Positions 1 through 9,866 are shown, counted from the first letter of the stretch. The stretch is 64,000 nt of DNA from Patescibacteria group bacterium (GCA_049322655.1 JBMORP010000006.1:384410-448409), one strand, 5' to 3'. Made by a program: numbers and translations. The notes: a model not told the origin generated them from the letters alone.

Positions 1-661
1 CCTGCTCACAGTCTCTTCTAGCCAACTCACTCAACAACAAATGAGAGCTTTTAAGCGCCATTTGAATAGCACTATATTTGCCATCAAAAACTGGAAACAC
101 ATTTTTGTAAAGATTAACTGCCAACACTACCTCAGCACCTAGTTCTCTGGCCAACGTAATTGGTACTGGCAGTCTAGTTGCCCCATCAATTAATTGTTTT
201 CCTTCTTTTCTCACTGGTTGAAAAACTAGTGGTACCGAGGCACTAGCTCTAATTGCGGTTGCCAAAGAACCATCCTTAATAAATATCAACTCACCAGATT
301 TAAAATCAACTGCTGTCGCTCCGTATTTAATCTTTAAATCTTCAATCTTTACTTCTCCGACCACTTCTTTAATAATTTTTTTAAAATTATCACCTTTAAA
401 TAGACCTTGATTAGGCTGAAAATCTCTAAATAATTTGATCAAATCAGTGGCTGTTAGTTTTTTAAAAAGCTCTTCCAATTTTTCTATATCTTGAGTGGCC
501 GCAAAAGCTCCACCCATTAATGAACCAGTGCTACTACCAGCAATTACTTCAAAGCTAAGTTTATACTTCAACAAAGCCTTGATTACTCCCAAGTGAGCTA
601 AACCACGCCAACCACCGCTACCCAAAGCCAAACCTAATTTTTTTGCTGATTTGTTTACCAT
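1..661 (-). CDS. Patatin-like phospholipase (runs off window edge; not in ORF track)
   Basis: Manual translation from ATG at 661: MVNKSAKKLGLALGSGGWRGLAHLGVIKAL...IAGSSTGS. Has the Gly-rich loop, GxSxG nucleophile and a later IDGA motif. Confidence 0.85.
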   Translation of the reverse strand, partial: MVNKSAKKLGLALGSGGWRGLAHLGVIKALLKYKLSFEVIAGSSTGSLMGGAFAATQDIEKLEELFKKLTATDLIKLFRDFQPNQGLFKGDNFKKIIKEVVGEVKIEDLKIKYGATAVDFKSGELIFIKDGSLATAIRASASVPLVFQPVRKEGKQLIDGATRLPVPITLARELGAEVVLAVNLYKNVFPVFDGKYSAIQMALKSSHLLLSELARRDCEQ

Positions 662-698
662 AATTTCCCTTCAATTTAGTTCATTATCTCAAGAATCT

Positions 699-726
699 TT
701 GCAATTTTGTACATCAATGATATAGT
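699..726 (+). promoter_or_regulatory. Putative sigma70 promoter for the nucleotidyltransferase
   Basis: TTGCAA-16 nt-TATAGT with TG extension. Confidence 0.45.
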
Positions 727-760
727 GGAAACCTAGTTTAAAAAACAGTAAAGGAACAAT

Positions 761-1486
761 ATGAAGGGTGTTATTCTAGCAGGTGGTCTAGGGACTAGAC
801 TTTATCCTTTGACCCACGTTACTAATAAACATTTATTGCCCGTTTACAACAAACCAATGGTATTTTATCCCATCAAAACTCTGGTAGATGCTGGCGTTAA
901 AGAAATCCTGATCGTTACTAGTGGACCTCATGTTGGTCACTTCTTAAGTGTCTTGAAAAATGGAACTGAGCTAGGAGTAAAACATCTTGAGTATGCTTAT
1001 CAAGAAAAACCAAATGGTGGTATTGCCGATGCTCTAGCCCTGGCCGAAGACTTTGCTGATGGTGAAGATTTGGCAGTTATTTTGGGTGATAATACTACTG
1101 ATGCTGATATTAAAAAAGCTGTCAGTAACTTCACTGAGGGAGCGACTGTTTTTTTGAAAAAAGTACCTGATCCTAACCGCTTTGGTGTGCCTGTTTTTGA
1201 CCTCAAAGATCCAACCAAAGTTATCAGAATTGATGAAAAACCCAAAAATCCAGCTTCAGACTACGCTGTTACTGGAGTTTATCTTTATGATAAAAATATT
1301 TTTGACATTATTAGGCAATGTGATCCTAATTATGCGGGCAGAGGAGAACTAGAAATTACTCAAGTAAACAACATTTATATTGATAAAGGTCAACTTAAGT
1401 GGGAAGAACTCAAGGGTTTTTGGAGTGATGCTGGAACTTTTGACTCCCTCTTCACCTCCGCTCAATATTGGGCCAAGAAGAAATAA
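761..1486 (+). CDS. Glucose-1-phosphate thymidylyltransferase-like sugar nucleotidyltransferase (short RmlA type)
   Basis: GVILAGGLGTRLYPLT, KHLLPVY.KPM, LGDN, EKP, RGELEIT, W.DAGT. Confidence 0.9.
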   Translation: MKGVILAGGLGTRLYPLTHVTNKHLLPVYNKPMVFYPIKTLVDAGVKEILIVTSGPHVGHFLSVLKNGTELGVKHLEYAYQEKPNGGIADALALAEDFADGEDLAVILGDNTTDADIKKAVSNFTEGATVFLKKVPDPNRFGVPVFDLKDPTKVIRIDEKPKNPASDYAVTGVYLYDKNIFDIIRQCDPNYAGRGELEITQVNNIYIDKGQLKWEELKGFWSDAGTFDSLFTSAQYWAKKK

Positions 1487-1515
1487 CGTCAGTTTGATTT
1501 GCTATAACCTGATTT

Positions 1516-2250
1516 GTGTTAAAACAAGTCAGGTTATTTTGTTGCTTAATTATTTTTTTAAAAATCTTTACTCAACCAAGCTTCGCTCAAATAACTATCT
1601 CTGAAGTTTATCCCAACCCCAAGAGTGAAGAGCTAGAGTGGGTTGAGTTGTTTAACCAAAGCAATCAAGATATAAACCTAGAAAATTGGCAACTCTGGGA
1701 TCAGCTCTCTAAACCTAGTCTTATCCACCAATTTACCACTGAAAAAATCATGGCTAGTAGTTACTTGATCATTGAACTTAAAAATGTCCTAAATAACTCT
1801 GGCGATAGCGTCATTATCTATAATGATCAACAACAAATCCAAGATTCTTTAACTTATGACAATTCAGCAAAAGGCCTGAGTTGGTCAAAAAATTTCCCTA
1901 ATCTAGAAATAACCATGACAGAACCTTCACCAAATAAACCAAACCTTTTTCCAACACCCACCTTATTACCCACTAACATTCCAACTCCTCAGCCGACTCT
2001 TAAAGCACCAGTTCCTACAATATCCATACCAACTACTTCTAGTTCAAATCTACCACCTATAAAAACCCACTCCTATCCGTCAACTCTTCTTCAACCAACC
2101 ATTGATTTACCCCAGCAGAAGTTTAGAGCTCTCCAAACTATTTTTTTTGAGCCTCCCCAACTCGAGCAAGGAGCAATTAGTGTTATAATAGGTGGTCTTT
2201 TGCTGCTCATTCCAGGCTTTATTTATGCAAAAAAACAAGAACTATTTTAG
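1516..2250 (+). CDS. Secreted lamin-tail-domain protein with Pro/Thr linker and C-terminal TM anchor
   Basis: Signal-like N-terminus, ITISEVYPNP...EWVELFN...LNNSGD, PTPT repeats, hydrophobic C-terminal helix then KK. Confidence 0.75.
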   Translation: MLKQVRLFCCLIIFLKIFTQPSFAQITISEVYPNPKSEELEWVELFNQSNQDINLENWQLWDQLSKPSLIHQFTTEKIMASSYLIIELKNVLNNSGDSVIIYNDQQQIQDSLTYDNSAKGLSWSKNFPNLEITMTEPSPNKPNLFPTPTLLPTNIPTPQPTLKAPVPTISIPTTSSSNLPPIKTHSYPSTLLQPTIDLPQQKFRALQTIFFEPPQLEQGAISVIIGGLLLLIPGFIYAKKQELF

Positions 2251-2605
2251 AATTGCTGTTTCTTTTTTACCTGCCGTACTTTGGGCTGGAGTGATTTACT
2301 ATTTTTCAGCTCAACAAGTTTTACCAGGATTTACCCTAGATATTGGTGATTTTTTATTCAAAAAGTCAGCTCATGTTTTTGTTTACGCTGTTCTATATTT
2401 TCTTTTGCTGCTACCTTTTCAATACTATTCACTAGGAACCGGAAAAAAAAGATGGTTAATTCCACTCTTGATTGCTATTAGTTATGCTTTTCTTGATGAA
2501 CTCCACCAATCTTTTACTCCTGGTAGGCAACCATCTTTTAGGGATGTGGGCTTTGATACTCTCGGCTGTACTTTGGTGCTTTTTAAAAAGCTTGGATATA
2601 TCTAA
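2225..2605 (+). CDS. VanZ family membrane protein
   Basis: KSAHVFVYAVL, YAFLDELHQSFTPGR..SFRDV.FD; ATG at 2225 preferred. Confidence 0.85.
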   Translation: MQKNKNYFRIAVSFLPAVLWAGVIYYFSAQQVLPGFTLDIGDFLFKKSAHVFVYAVLYFLLLLPFQYYSLGTGKKRWLIPLLIAISYAFLDELHQSFTPGRQPSFRDVGFDTLGCTLVLFKKLGYI

Positions 2606-2625
2606 CTTAAGAAACTAATTCACCC

Positions 2626-2653
2626 TTGACTCTAAGTTTTGGCGGGTTAAACT
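2626..2653 (+). promoter_or_regulatory. Putative sigma70 promoter for HU
   Basis: TTGACT-16 nt-TAAACT. Confidence 0.45.
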
Positions 2654-2715
2654 GAGAATCACAAGCAGTATTTTTATATACAAAGGTATTAAAAGAGAAA
2701 CAAAGAAAGGTTTTA

Positions 2716-2991
2716 ATGACAAAATCTCAATTGATTGCCATCGTAGCCAAAAAAGCTCATTTGACTAAAAAAGCTTCTGAAGAAGCAGTTGAAACTGTTT
2801 TTTCAGAAATTGCTAGAACCCTCAAGAAAGGTGATAAAATTGTCCTTTCTGGTTTTGGGACTTTTTATGTTAGTAAGGTCAATGACAAACATGTTGAACC
2901 ATTTGGTAAAAAAGATAAAAGAATGGTGGTCAAAGGCCATAGAGTCGTTAATTTCCGTGTTGGCAAACCGCTCAAAAGAGAAGTTTGGTAA
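2716..2991 (+). CDS. hup: HU family DNA-binding protein
   Basis: MTKSQLI..VA, LSGFGTF, F.VGK.LK. Confidence 0.9.
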   Translation: MTKSQLIAIVAKKAHLTKKASEEAVETVFSEIARTLKKGDKIVLSGFGTFYVSKVNDKHVEPFGKKDKRMVVKGHRVVNFRVGKPLKREVW

Positions 2992-3008
2992 ACTTAAATT
3001 AAAATTGG

Positions 3009-3037
3009 AAAAAGGGTCTTAAAACAGGCCCTTTTTT
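3009..3037 (+). terminator. Intrinsic terminator after hup
   Basis: AAAGGGTCT/AGGCCCTTT hairpin followed by T-run. Confidence 0.7.
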
Positions 3038-3046
3038 ATTACCAAC

Positions 3047-3077
3047 AAAAAAACCCCAGGCAAATTGTCTGGGGTTT
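3047..3077 (-). terminator. Intrinsic terminator after rpsI
   Basis: AAACCCCAGACAA-T-TTGCCTGGGGTTT followed by T-run on the minus strand. Confidence 0.75.
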
Positions 3078-3100
3078 ATTATTGTGATTGCTAAAACGTT

Positions 3101-3613
3101 TTAACGCTTTGGAGATTGGCGCTTTCTTCTAGCCTTACCACCCATACCAATCTTACGAGTTTCTTTCATTCTATCGTCTCTAGTAACTAAACCAGCAGAT
3201 TTTAAGAAAATCTTAAATTCTGGATTATATTCAACCAAAGCTCGAGAAATACCATGAATCATAGCTTCTAATTGAGCATTAATCCCAGAACCCTTAACTG
3301 TTACTGAAACTGAAAATTTACCCTTGGTCCCAGTCAAATCAAATGGTTTATTGTACAAAACTGGAGCATTTTTGATGTTAGCAAAATATTCACCAACCAA
3401 AGTGTTGTTAACCACAAAATCACCTTTACCTTCATAAATTCTGACTCTGGCTGTAGCCACTTTTCTGCGACCAATAGCTTCAATAAAATTAACTTTTGGT
3501 AAAGTAAATTCTTTTCTTAAGTTTTTGGCTACACTGACTTTTTTATCAGTAGTTTGTTTCTTAACTACTTTTTTGACAGCAGCCTTAACTTTCTTTCTCA
3601 TTTTGATTGCCAT
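3101..3613 (-). CDS. rpsI: 30S ribosomal protein S9 with Lys-rich N-terminal extension
   Basis: GRRKVATARV, GISRAL, LVTRDDRMKE, QSPKR; ATG at 3613 just after the rplM stop. Confidence 0.95.
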   Translation of the reverse strand: MAIKMRKKVKAAVKKVVKKQTTDKKVSVAKNLRKEFTLPKVNFIEAIGRRKVATARVRIYEGKGDFVVNNTLVGEYFANIKNAPVLYNKPFDLTGTKGKFSVSVTVKGSGINAQLEAMIHGISRALVEYNPEFKIFLKSAGLVTRDDRMKETRKIGMGGKARRKRQSPKR

Positions 3614-3614
3614 A

Positions 3615-4043
3615 TTATTTGCCTCCCAATTGACTCTCATGCTTGTGCTCTGCAGCAGCATAAATCTTAAGTCTAGCTAAACGCTCACCTTGAAGTCTAT
3701 TTTTTGGTAACATGTTCTTCACAGCCAAAAAAATCACTTCCTCTGGATTCTTTTGAATCATTTCTTCAAAAGTTCTTTGTTTTAAACCGCCTGGAAACCC
3801 AGAATGACGATAATAAATTTTCTTTTGTTCTTTACCACCAGTGACAGCAACTTCTTTGGCATTAATTACCACTACATAGTCTCCTCCATCAACATGAGGA
3901 GTATAGGTCGGTTTGTTTTTACCAATAAGTTTTTCAGCAATCTCGGTAGCAACTCTTCCAAGAACTTTACCTTTGACATCTACCAAATGCCATTCTCTGG
4001 TAACGTCCTCTTTGCGTTGCATAAATGTCTGTTGATTTTTCAT
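3615..4043 (-). CDS. rplM: 50S ribosomal protein L13
   Basis: LGRVAT, GKNKPTYTPHVDGGD, YYRHSGFPGGLK. Confidence 0.97.
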   Translation of the reverse strand: MKNQQTFMQRKEDVTREWHLVDVKGKVLGRVATEIAEKLIGKNKPTYTPHVDGGDYVVVINAKEVAVTGGKEQKKIYYRHSGFPGGLKQRTFEEMIQKNPEEVIFLAVKNMLPKNRLQGERLARLKIYAAAEHKHESQLGGK

Positions 4044-4044
4044 A

Positions 4045-4512
4045 TTATTTTTCTGCCTTTTTCACTGATTTTTTGATCTTGGCTGCAACTTTTTTAGTTG
4101 GTTGTTTTTGTTCAACTTTTTTTGGTTCAGGAGATTTCAAGCCTAACTTGTGAACTGATTTCTCTACTAAACTAAGTTTAACTAATTTAGAGTTATCACC
4201 ACGTCTATTACCTAGTTTTTCAATAGTGCTAAAACCTGATTTCCTGTTTTTTAAGGCTGGAGCGACTCGATCAACTAAAGTATTAACCACATCTCTCTTA
4301 CCAAAAAAAGTATGAAGCTGTCTTCTAGTAGCTAAAGAATCAGTTTGAGCTTTACCAATTAATTTATCAGCCCAACGCTTAACTTCTTTTGCTTTGGCTT
4401 CAGTTGTTTCTACTTGGCCATGCTCAACGAGTGATCTCACGAGATTTCTCAAGAGAGCCTTGCGAGACTTGGTATCTCTACCCAATTGTTTTGTTTTTTG
4501 TCTATGTCTCAT
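4045..4512 (-). CDS. rplQ: 50S ribosomal protein L17
   Basis: MRHR...LGR, TTEAKAKE, RRGD. Confidence 0.96.
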   Translation of the reverse strand: MRHRQKTKQLGRDTKSRKALLRNLVRSLVEHGQVETTEAKAKEVKRWADKLIGKAQTDSLATRRQLHTFFGKRDVVNTLVDRVAPALKNRKSGFSTIEKLGNRRGDNSKLVKLSLVEKSVHKLGLKSPEPKKVEQKQPTKKVAAKIKKSVKKAEK

Positions 4513-4535
4513 GATTTACTACCTTTTTATCTAGT

Positions 4536-5450
4536 TTAGTCTTCTAAGTTGACACCTTTTTTCAAAAGAGCGTCATTAATTAGATCAATACTCTTACCAC
4601 CTAAGTTTTTAACCTTAGAAACTTCAGATTTAGAAGCACCAGCTAAATCACCAACTGTTTTAAATCCACCCTTACGAAGAGCGTTAGCAATTCGGGTTGG
4701 TAAATCTAATTCTTCAACAGTTAAACGCAAAGTCTCTGCTTCTTCTGGAGATAATTGTGGTTCTTCATCCTCAACTTCAATCACCACTGGATCAAAAACT
4801 TGAGCAAATTGTTTGGCTAAAATTCTAGCTGATTGATTGACTGCATCCAAAGGAGAAATAGTCCCATCAGTTTCTACATCCATTACCACTCTATCAAAGT
4901 CAGTACGACGACCGACACGAGTAGCTTCAACTTTGTATGAAACTTTAACCACTGGTGAAAATAAAGCATCAACTGGAATTTGACCAATGACACCATTTTC
5001 TACCTCAGTAGCCATACGATAACCAGTTCCAGGTTCAACAGTCATTTCAATGTCAAGTTTTTTACCTTTGGCCAAAGTGGCGATTGGTTGATCAATATTG
5101 ACTACTTCAAAACCAGCCTCAGCTTCAATATCAGCAGCAGTGACTTCTTTAGGGCCTTTAACATTAATTCTCATGACGCCTGGCTCATCAGTTGTAGCTT
5201 TTACTCTGATTAGTTTAAGATTCAAAATCAACTCAATTACGTCTTCACTCAAACCTTCCAAAGTGGCAAATTGATGGTCAATGCCATCAATCATCACCGA
5301 AGTGATAGCAGCACCTGGCAAAGAAGTCAAAAGAACTCTGCGCAAAGCATTGCCCAAAGTGTGACCATAGCCTTGCTCTAGTGGTTCGATTACCAAACGA
5401 GCTTTGGTATCAGTGGCCTCAACTTCACTCACGGTGAAAGTTGGGTTCAT
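4536..5450 (-). CDS. rpoA: RNA polymerase alpha subunit
   Basis: EPLEQGYGHTLGNALRRVLL, VDALFSPV, alpha-CTD; start uncertain (MNPTF at 5450 chosen). Confidence 0.96.
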   Translation of the reverse strand: MNPTFTVSEVEATDTKARLVIEPLEQGYGHTLGNALRRVLLTSLPGAAITSVMIDGIDHQFATLEGLSEDVIELILNLKLIRVKATTDEPGVMRINVKGPKEVTAADIEAEAGFEVVNIDQPIATLAKGKKLDIEMTVEPGTGYRMATEVENGVIGQIPVDALFSPVVKVSYKVEATRVGRRTDFDRVVMDVETDGTISPLDAVNQSARILAKQFAQVFDPVVIEVEDEEPQLSPEEAETLRLTVEELDLPTRIANALRKGGFKTVGDLAGASKSEVSKVKNLGGKSIDLINDALLKKGVNLED

Positions 5451-5578
5451 GTATGAGTATTTGTTTAAATTTAATTTCATAGATTTTCCTTTTTGTTTCT
5501 CCTCCCTCTCATTTTGAGAGGAATCTGTGTTCAAGAATGTTCTATATTCTTACTACTTATTACTTTATTACTACTTAA

Positions 5579-6184
5579 CTAACGGCTATAGAACTCAACA
5601 ATTAATTGCTCTTCAATAGCTTCGGTAATATCATCTCTTTCTGGCAAACGTTGGACCTTGGCAACCGTAGCCTTACTTTCCAGCCAAGCTGGAATTGAGC
5701 GATTTTCTTCTTTTAACAGTTCTGCAATCATTGGTACTTTAACTGATTTATCATTGAGCTTGATCACATCACCCACTTTAACTGAGTAAGAAGGAATATC
5801 CATCTTTTTATTATTAACAGTTAAGTGACCGTGATTAACTAGCTGACGAGCTGCAGGTCTGGTGGGAGCCCAACCCAAACGATACATCACATTGTCTAGT
5901 CTTCTCTCAAGTAAACTCAATAAAACTGAACCTGTAGCTAATGGATTTTTACTAGCTTGGCTATACAAACGATGAAGTTGTTTCTCTAACACTCCATACA
6001 TGTATTTTACTTTTTGTTTTTCACGAAGTTGAATACCATAGTCAGAGAGTTTTCTTCTCTTAGCACCATGAACACCTGGTCTAGAATGAAGTCTTCTGGC
6101 TACTTTAAGCGCATTAGATTTCAAACCCAAGTCTTCACCAACTTGTCTTTGTAGTTTTTGTTTTGGTCCTGTGTATCTTGCCAT
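5579..6184 (-). CDS. rpsD: 30S ribosomal protein S4
   Basis: MARYTGP, SDYGIQLREKQK, LERRLDN, LIVEFYSR. Confidence 0.97.
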   Translation of the reverse strand: MARYTGPKQKLQRQVGEDLGLKSNALKVARRLHSRPGVHGAKRRKLSDYGIQLREKQKVKYMYGVLEKQLHRLYSQASKNPLATGSVLLSLLERRLDNVMYRLGWAPTRPAARQLVNHGHLTVNNKKMDIPSYSVKVGDVIKLNDKSVKVPMIAELLKEENRSIPAWLESKATVAKVQRLPERDDITEAIEEQLIVEFYSR

Positions 6185-6197
6185 ATACTAATATCCT

Positions 6198-6593
6198 CTA
6201 TCTATTGTGCTTTGCTTTTCTTGGTCTTGTACCGTTGTGAGGGATAGGAGTGGTGTCAGCAATCATGCTCACTTTAATTCCTTGTGCTCTCAACACGCGT
6301 AGAGCCACATCTCTACCTGGTCCTGGACCCTTAAGATAAACATCCATTTCATTCATCCCAAAGGTTTTAGCTCTATTGACAGCATTTTCAACTGTAATAG
6401 TTGCTGCATAAGGGGTAGATTTTCTAGAACCAGTAAAACCAGCTCCACCGGTGGTAGCCCAACAAAGAACTGAGCCTTTCTCATCGGTGACACTTACTAA
6501 AGTGTTATTAAAAGTAGCACTAACATACATTCTGCCTTTTGGTACTACTCTAGTATTTTTTTTCTTTGGTGCACTATTTATTGCTTTAGCCAT
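6198..6593 (-). CDS. rpsK: 30S ribosomal protein S11
   Basis: ATFNNT, GSRKSTPYAA, GPGPGR, TPIPHNG. Confidence 0.97.
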   Translation of the reverse strand: MAKAINSAPKKKNTRVVPKGRMYVSATFNNTLVSVTDEKGSVLCWATTGGAGFTGSRKSTPYAATITVENAVNRAKTFGMNEMDVYLKGPGPGRDVALRVLRAQGIKVSMIADTTPIPHNGTRPRKAKHNR

Positions 6594-6615
6594 AATTTTC
6601 TCCAACAATTATCCT

Positions 6616-7017
6616 TTATTTAGCGGCAGCTTCCTTAGCAGCTGCAGCTTCTTTAGAAATAGAACCAACAGTTTTTCTCCCGCCACCACGAACGGTACGA
6701 GAGTTAACTTTAGTTCTTTGCCCACGAACTGGTAAACCCATAATATGACGTAAGCCTCTATAAGCTTTGATTCTCTTAAGACGTTGAATGTTATCGCTAA
6801 CAATTCTTCTTAGGTCACCTTCTAATGGATATTTTTCTAAAATACGTTGAATTTTGTTGATTTCATCTGGAGTTAAATCTCTAGCTCTTTTATCTGGATC
6901 AATCTTAGCTTGAGCAACAACTTCTTGAGCTTTTTGCAAACCAACTCCATAAACAGAGCGGAGGGAGTAAACTACTTTTTTGTGTTCTGGAATATCTGTT
7001 CCGGCGATACGTGGCAT
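6616..7017 (-). CDS. rpsM: 30S ribosomal protein S13
   Basis: RIAG, EGDLRR, YRGLRH..GLPVRGQRTK.N. Confidence 0.97.
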   Translation of the reverse strand: MPRIAGTDIPEHKKVVYSLRSVYGVGLQKAQEVVAQAKIDPDKRARDLTPDEINKIQRILEKYPLEGDLRRIVSDNIQRLKRIKAYRGLRHIMGLPVRGQRTKVNSRTVRGGGRKTVGSISKEAAAAKEAAAK

Positions 7018-7020
7018 ATT

Positions 7021-7134
7021 TTATCCTTGACTTTGTTTGTGTTTTTTATTAACGCAAATAACACGCAACTTCCCTTTGCGTCTTACAAATTTACACTGGT
7101 TACACATCTTCTTTAGCGAAGCTCTGACTTTCAT
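7021..7134 (-). CDS. rpmJ: 50S ribosomal protein L36, Zn-ribbon type (below ORF-track cutoff)
   Basis: Manual translation [37 protein letters not shown], located between infA and rpsM. Confidence 0.96.
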   Translation of the reverse strand: MKVRASLKKMCNQCKFVRRKGKLRVICVNKKHKQSQG

Positions 7135-7161
7135 AGTTCAAGTCCTGGGTTTTCTGTATTT

Positions 7162-7491
7162 CTACATACTTTGTACCGGTTTTTTATTAACCCGATACGT
7201 AACTTTACACTTTGTTAAATCATACTTGGAAACATAGCCTTTAACTACATCTCCAGGCATTACTCTAATGCGATAAAGTCGCATTTTGCCGGCTAAAGTT
7301 CCCAAAAGAACCTTGTCGACCATCTTCTCAACAGCACATTCTGTCACCTTAATACGAAACATCGTATTAGGTAAACACTCCTCAACTTCACCAACGACTT
7401 CCAAACGATCAGCTCTCTCTGCTTTTTCAGCGGTTGTATCGAGTTGTCTTCTGCCCTTAGCTGCTCGTTTATGATCTTGTACTTTTCCCAT
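7162..7491 (-). CDS. infA: Translation initiation factor IF-1, extended
   Basis: G.VEECLPNTMFR, GKMRLYRIRVMPGD.V, YDLTK; synteny. Confidence 0.9.
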   Translation of the reverse strand: MGKVQDHKRAAKGRRQLDTTAEKAERADRLEVVGEVEECLPNTMFRIKVTECAVEKMVDKVLLGTLAGKMRLYRIRVMPGDVVKGYVSKYDLTKCKVTYRVNKKPVQSM

Positions 7492-7544
7492 AGGTTATCA
7501 ACAATGAGGCATGATTATACCAGAAGCAAATAAACTTGTCACCT

Positions 7545-8090
7545 CTAGTTATTTTTTCCTTCAATTACTTTAATTATATCTGCAAAAACCTCTTCAACTG
7601 TCTGCTCACCATCGATTTTATGTAATTTACCAACTCGATCATAATAACTCAAAACTTCAGAAGTAACTTCATGAAAAAGTTCAATTCTCTTACGAATCGC
7701 TTGCAAAGTTTCATCTTCACGATCAGAGATTCTGCCAGAAATTCTCCATAAAGCCTCTTTATCTGAAACATCAATTAAAACGACAGTATCAACCCCTTCA
7801 CCCAAAACTTCTGCTTGGGCTTCAGTTCTTGGGAAACCATCAAGAATATAGCCTTTTGCATATTCTGGTCTCTTGAGATATTCCATGACGATTTCAACTG
7901 CTGTTTCATCAGGCACCAAAGCACCAGAATTCAAAGTTTCTTTCAACCAACGACCCAATCTAGTTTTACTCTTGGCCATTTGACGAAAAATATGTCCAGA
8001 AGAAAGATAAGGAATGCCAAATTTTTCTGACAGTAAATTTCCTTGGGTTGATTTACCAGCACCTTGAATACCAATTAAGACAATTTTCAC
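7545..8090 (-). CDS. adk: Adenylate kinase (short-LID type)
   Basis: GIQGAGKSTQ, GALVPD, GYILDGFPR, REDE; follows secY. Confidence 0.92.
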   Translation of the reverse strand: MKIVLIGIQGAGKSTQGNLLSEKFGIPYLSSGHIFRQMAKSKTRLGRWLKETLNSGALVPDETAVEIVMEYLKRPEYAKGYILDGFPRTEAQAEVLGEGVDTVVLIDVSDKEALWRISGRISDREDETLQAIRKRIELFHEVTSEVLSYYDRVGKLHKIDGEQTVEEVFADIIKVIEGKNN

Positions 8091-8119
8091 GATTATTGAT
8101 CCCCTTTTTTAATTTATAT

Positions 8120-9409
8120 TTACTGGTATTTGTCATAATTTTGGCCAACCAACATACTTTCTGCTTGTTTGGCTGTTTCCAAAATTACCGACACTACAAT
8201 TAATACACTTGTTCCTCCAATAGCCAGGGATTGAACCCCAGTAAAGATTTGCGCTAATGAAGGCAAGATAGCTAGCGCTCCTAAAAAGATAGCGCCAACC
8301 AAAGTAATTCTTACTACGACATATTCCAAGAATTTTTTAGTTGGGCTACCTGGCCTAATTCCTGGAATAAAAGCTCCACTTTTTTTCAATTCATCAGCAA
8401 TATCTTGGGCATTAAAAAAGATTAAAGCCGAAAAGAAAGTAAAGCTGAAAACCAATAAAAAGTAGGAAATTAAATAAATAGATGAGGTTTGTTGGAACCA
8501 AATAGTTAGTTTTTGTCCCCAATAAACTAACTTTGGATCATCCATAGCAGTCAACACTCTACCCAAAAAAGAAGGCGCCAACATTAAAGAGACTGCAAAA
8601 ATAATCGGCATTACACCAGCCACATTAACCTTAATTGGTAAGTGAGTAGTTTGACCACCATAAGTTTTACCACCCCTGGTTCTTTTGGCGTATTGAATAC
8701 TAATCTTTCTGACAGCTTCATTAATATAAACAATCAAAGCAATTAAACCCAAAAATACTCCAGCAAAAGAAACCAAAGTCAAAACTTGTTGAGAGGTAAC
8801 CACTACCAAAGTTTGACTTAAAGCTACCGGAACTTGGCTGACAATTCCAGCAAACAACACCATCGAGATCCCATTACCAATTCCATATTCAGTCACTAGT
8901 TCTCCCAGCCACAACATAATCATCGCACCTGCAACCATCGTAGTTACCATTGCAATCATCGTTAAAGGGCTGGTGACTAATAGCAAGTTTTGGGAACGAA
9001 GTAAAGCAATAATCGAGATACTTTGAGCAATCGCAAAAGGCACACTGAGTAATCGAGTGTATTGGTTGAGCTTAGCTCTTCCTGCCTCACCTTCTTCTTT
9101 CTGCATTGCTTTCAGTTTGGGAAAAACCATCCCCGCTAGTTGCATAATAATCGAGGCAGTAATATATGGGTTAATACCGACTGCCACAATTGAAAAATTT
9201 GATAAAGTACCACCAGCAAAAATATTAAGTAAACTCAAAAATTGATTACCAACAAATAACTGTTGAAGCTGAAACACATCAACTCCAGGAACTGGAATAT
9301 GAGCAAAAAGTCTAAAAATTAGAAAAATAGTTGCAGTAAACAACAGCTTCTTTTTGAGCTCCTCATTAGCGAAAATAGCTCTCAGTTTTTGTAGTACTGT
9401 CTCTATCAC
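8120..9409 (-). CDS. secY: Preprotein translocase SecY
   Basis: HIPVPG, GINPYITASII, GIGNGIS, FIPGIRPG, GGTSVLIVV. Confidence 0.97.
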   Translation of the reverse strand: MIETVLQKLRAIFANEELKKKLLFTATIFLIFRLFAHIPVPGVDVFQLQQLFVGNQFLSLLNIFAGGTLSNFSIVAVGINPYITASIIMQLAGMVFPKLKAMQKEEGEAGRAKLNQYTRLLSVPFAIAQSISIIALLRSQNLLLVTSPLTMIAMVTTMVAGAMIMLWLGELVTEYGIGNGISMVLFAGIVSQVPVALSQTLVVVTSQQVLTLVSFAGVFLGLIALIVYINEAVRKISIQYAKRTRGGKTYGGQTTHLPIKVNVAGVMPIIFAVSLMLAPSFLGRVLTAMDDPKLVYWGQKLTIWFQQTSSIYLISYFLLVFSFTFFSALIFFNAQDIADELKKSGAFIPGIRPGSPTKKFLEYVVVRITLVGAIFLGALAILPSLAQIFTGVQSLAIGGTSVLIVVSVILETAKQAESMLVGQNYDKYQ

Positions 9410-9416
9410 AGGTTTT

Positions 9417-9854
9417 TTATTCTACAGAACCACCAAGTTTTTTGATAGTCTCAAGTGCTTGTTTGGTTGTAGGGATACCTTTTATATTAACTTTTTTGGT
9501 TAACTTGCCACTATGAATGATTTTTGCTTTTTTAAAACCTTTTTCTATAATTTTATAAAGTTTTAAGGTTTCTAAAGTAATATCAGCTACAGGCATTTTT
9601 TCCAAATCAGCTAAAGTGATCTCTGCTGTTGGGTTAAGGACACCAAAACGACCTTTACCTCTTAACATTGGGTATTTCTTGACACCTGGCAATTGACCAC
9701 CTTCAAACCACAAAGGAATCTTAGAACCAACTCTTGAAGTTTGGCCTTTTTGACCTCTACTAGCAGTGTGACCACCTTTACCAGAGCCATAACCACGACC
9801 AACTCGTTTGTTTGATCTTTTGACGGTTTTAACTAAATTTTGTAACAATGACAT
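9417..9854 (-). CDS. rplO: 50S ribosomal protein L15
   Basis: RVGRGYGSGKG, RGQKGQ, FEGGQLP. Confidence 0.96.
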   Translation of the reverse strand: MSLLQNLVKTVKRSNKRVGRGYGSGKGGHTASRGQKGQTSRVGSKIPLWFEGGQLPGVKKYPMLRGKGRFGVLNPTAEITLADLEKMPVADITLETLKLYKIIEKGFKKAKIIHSGKLTKKVNIKGIPTTKQALETIKKLGGSVE

Positions 9855-9866
9855 GATTCAATCCTT

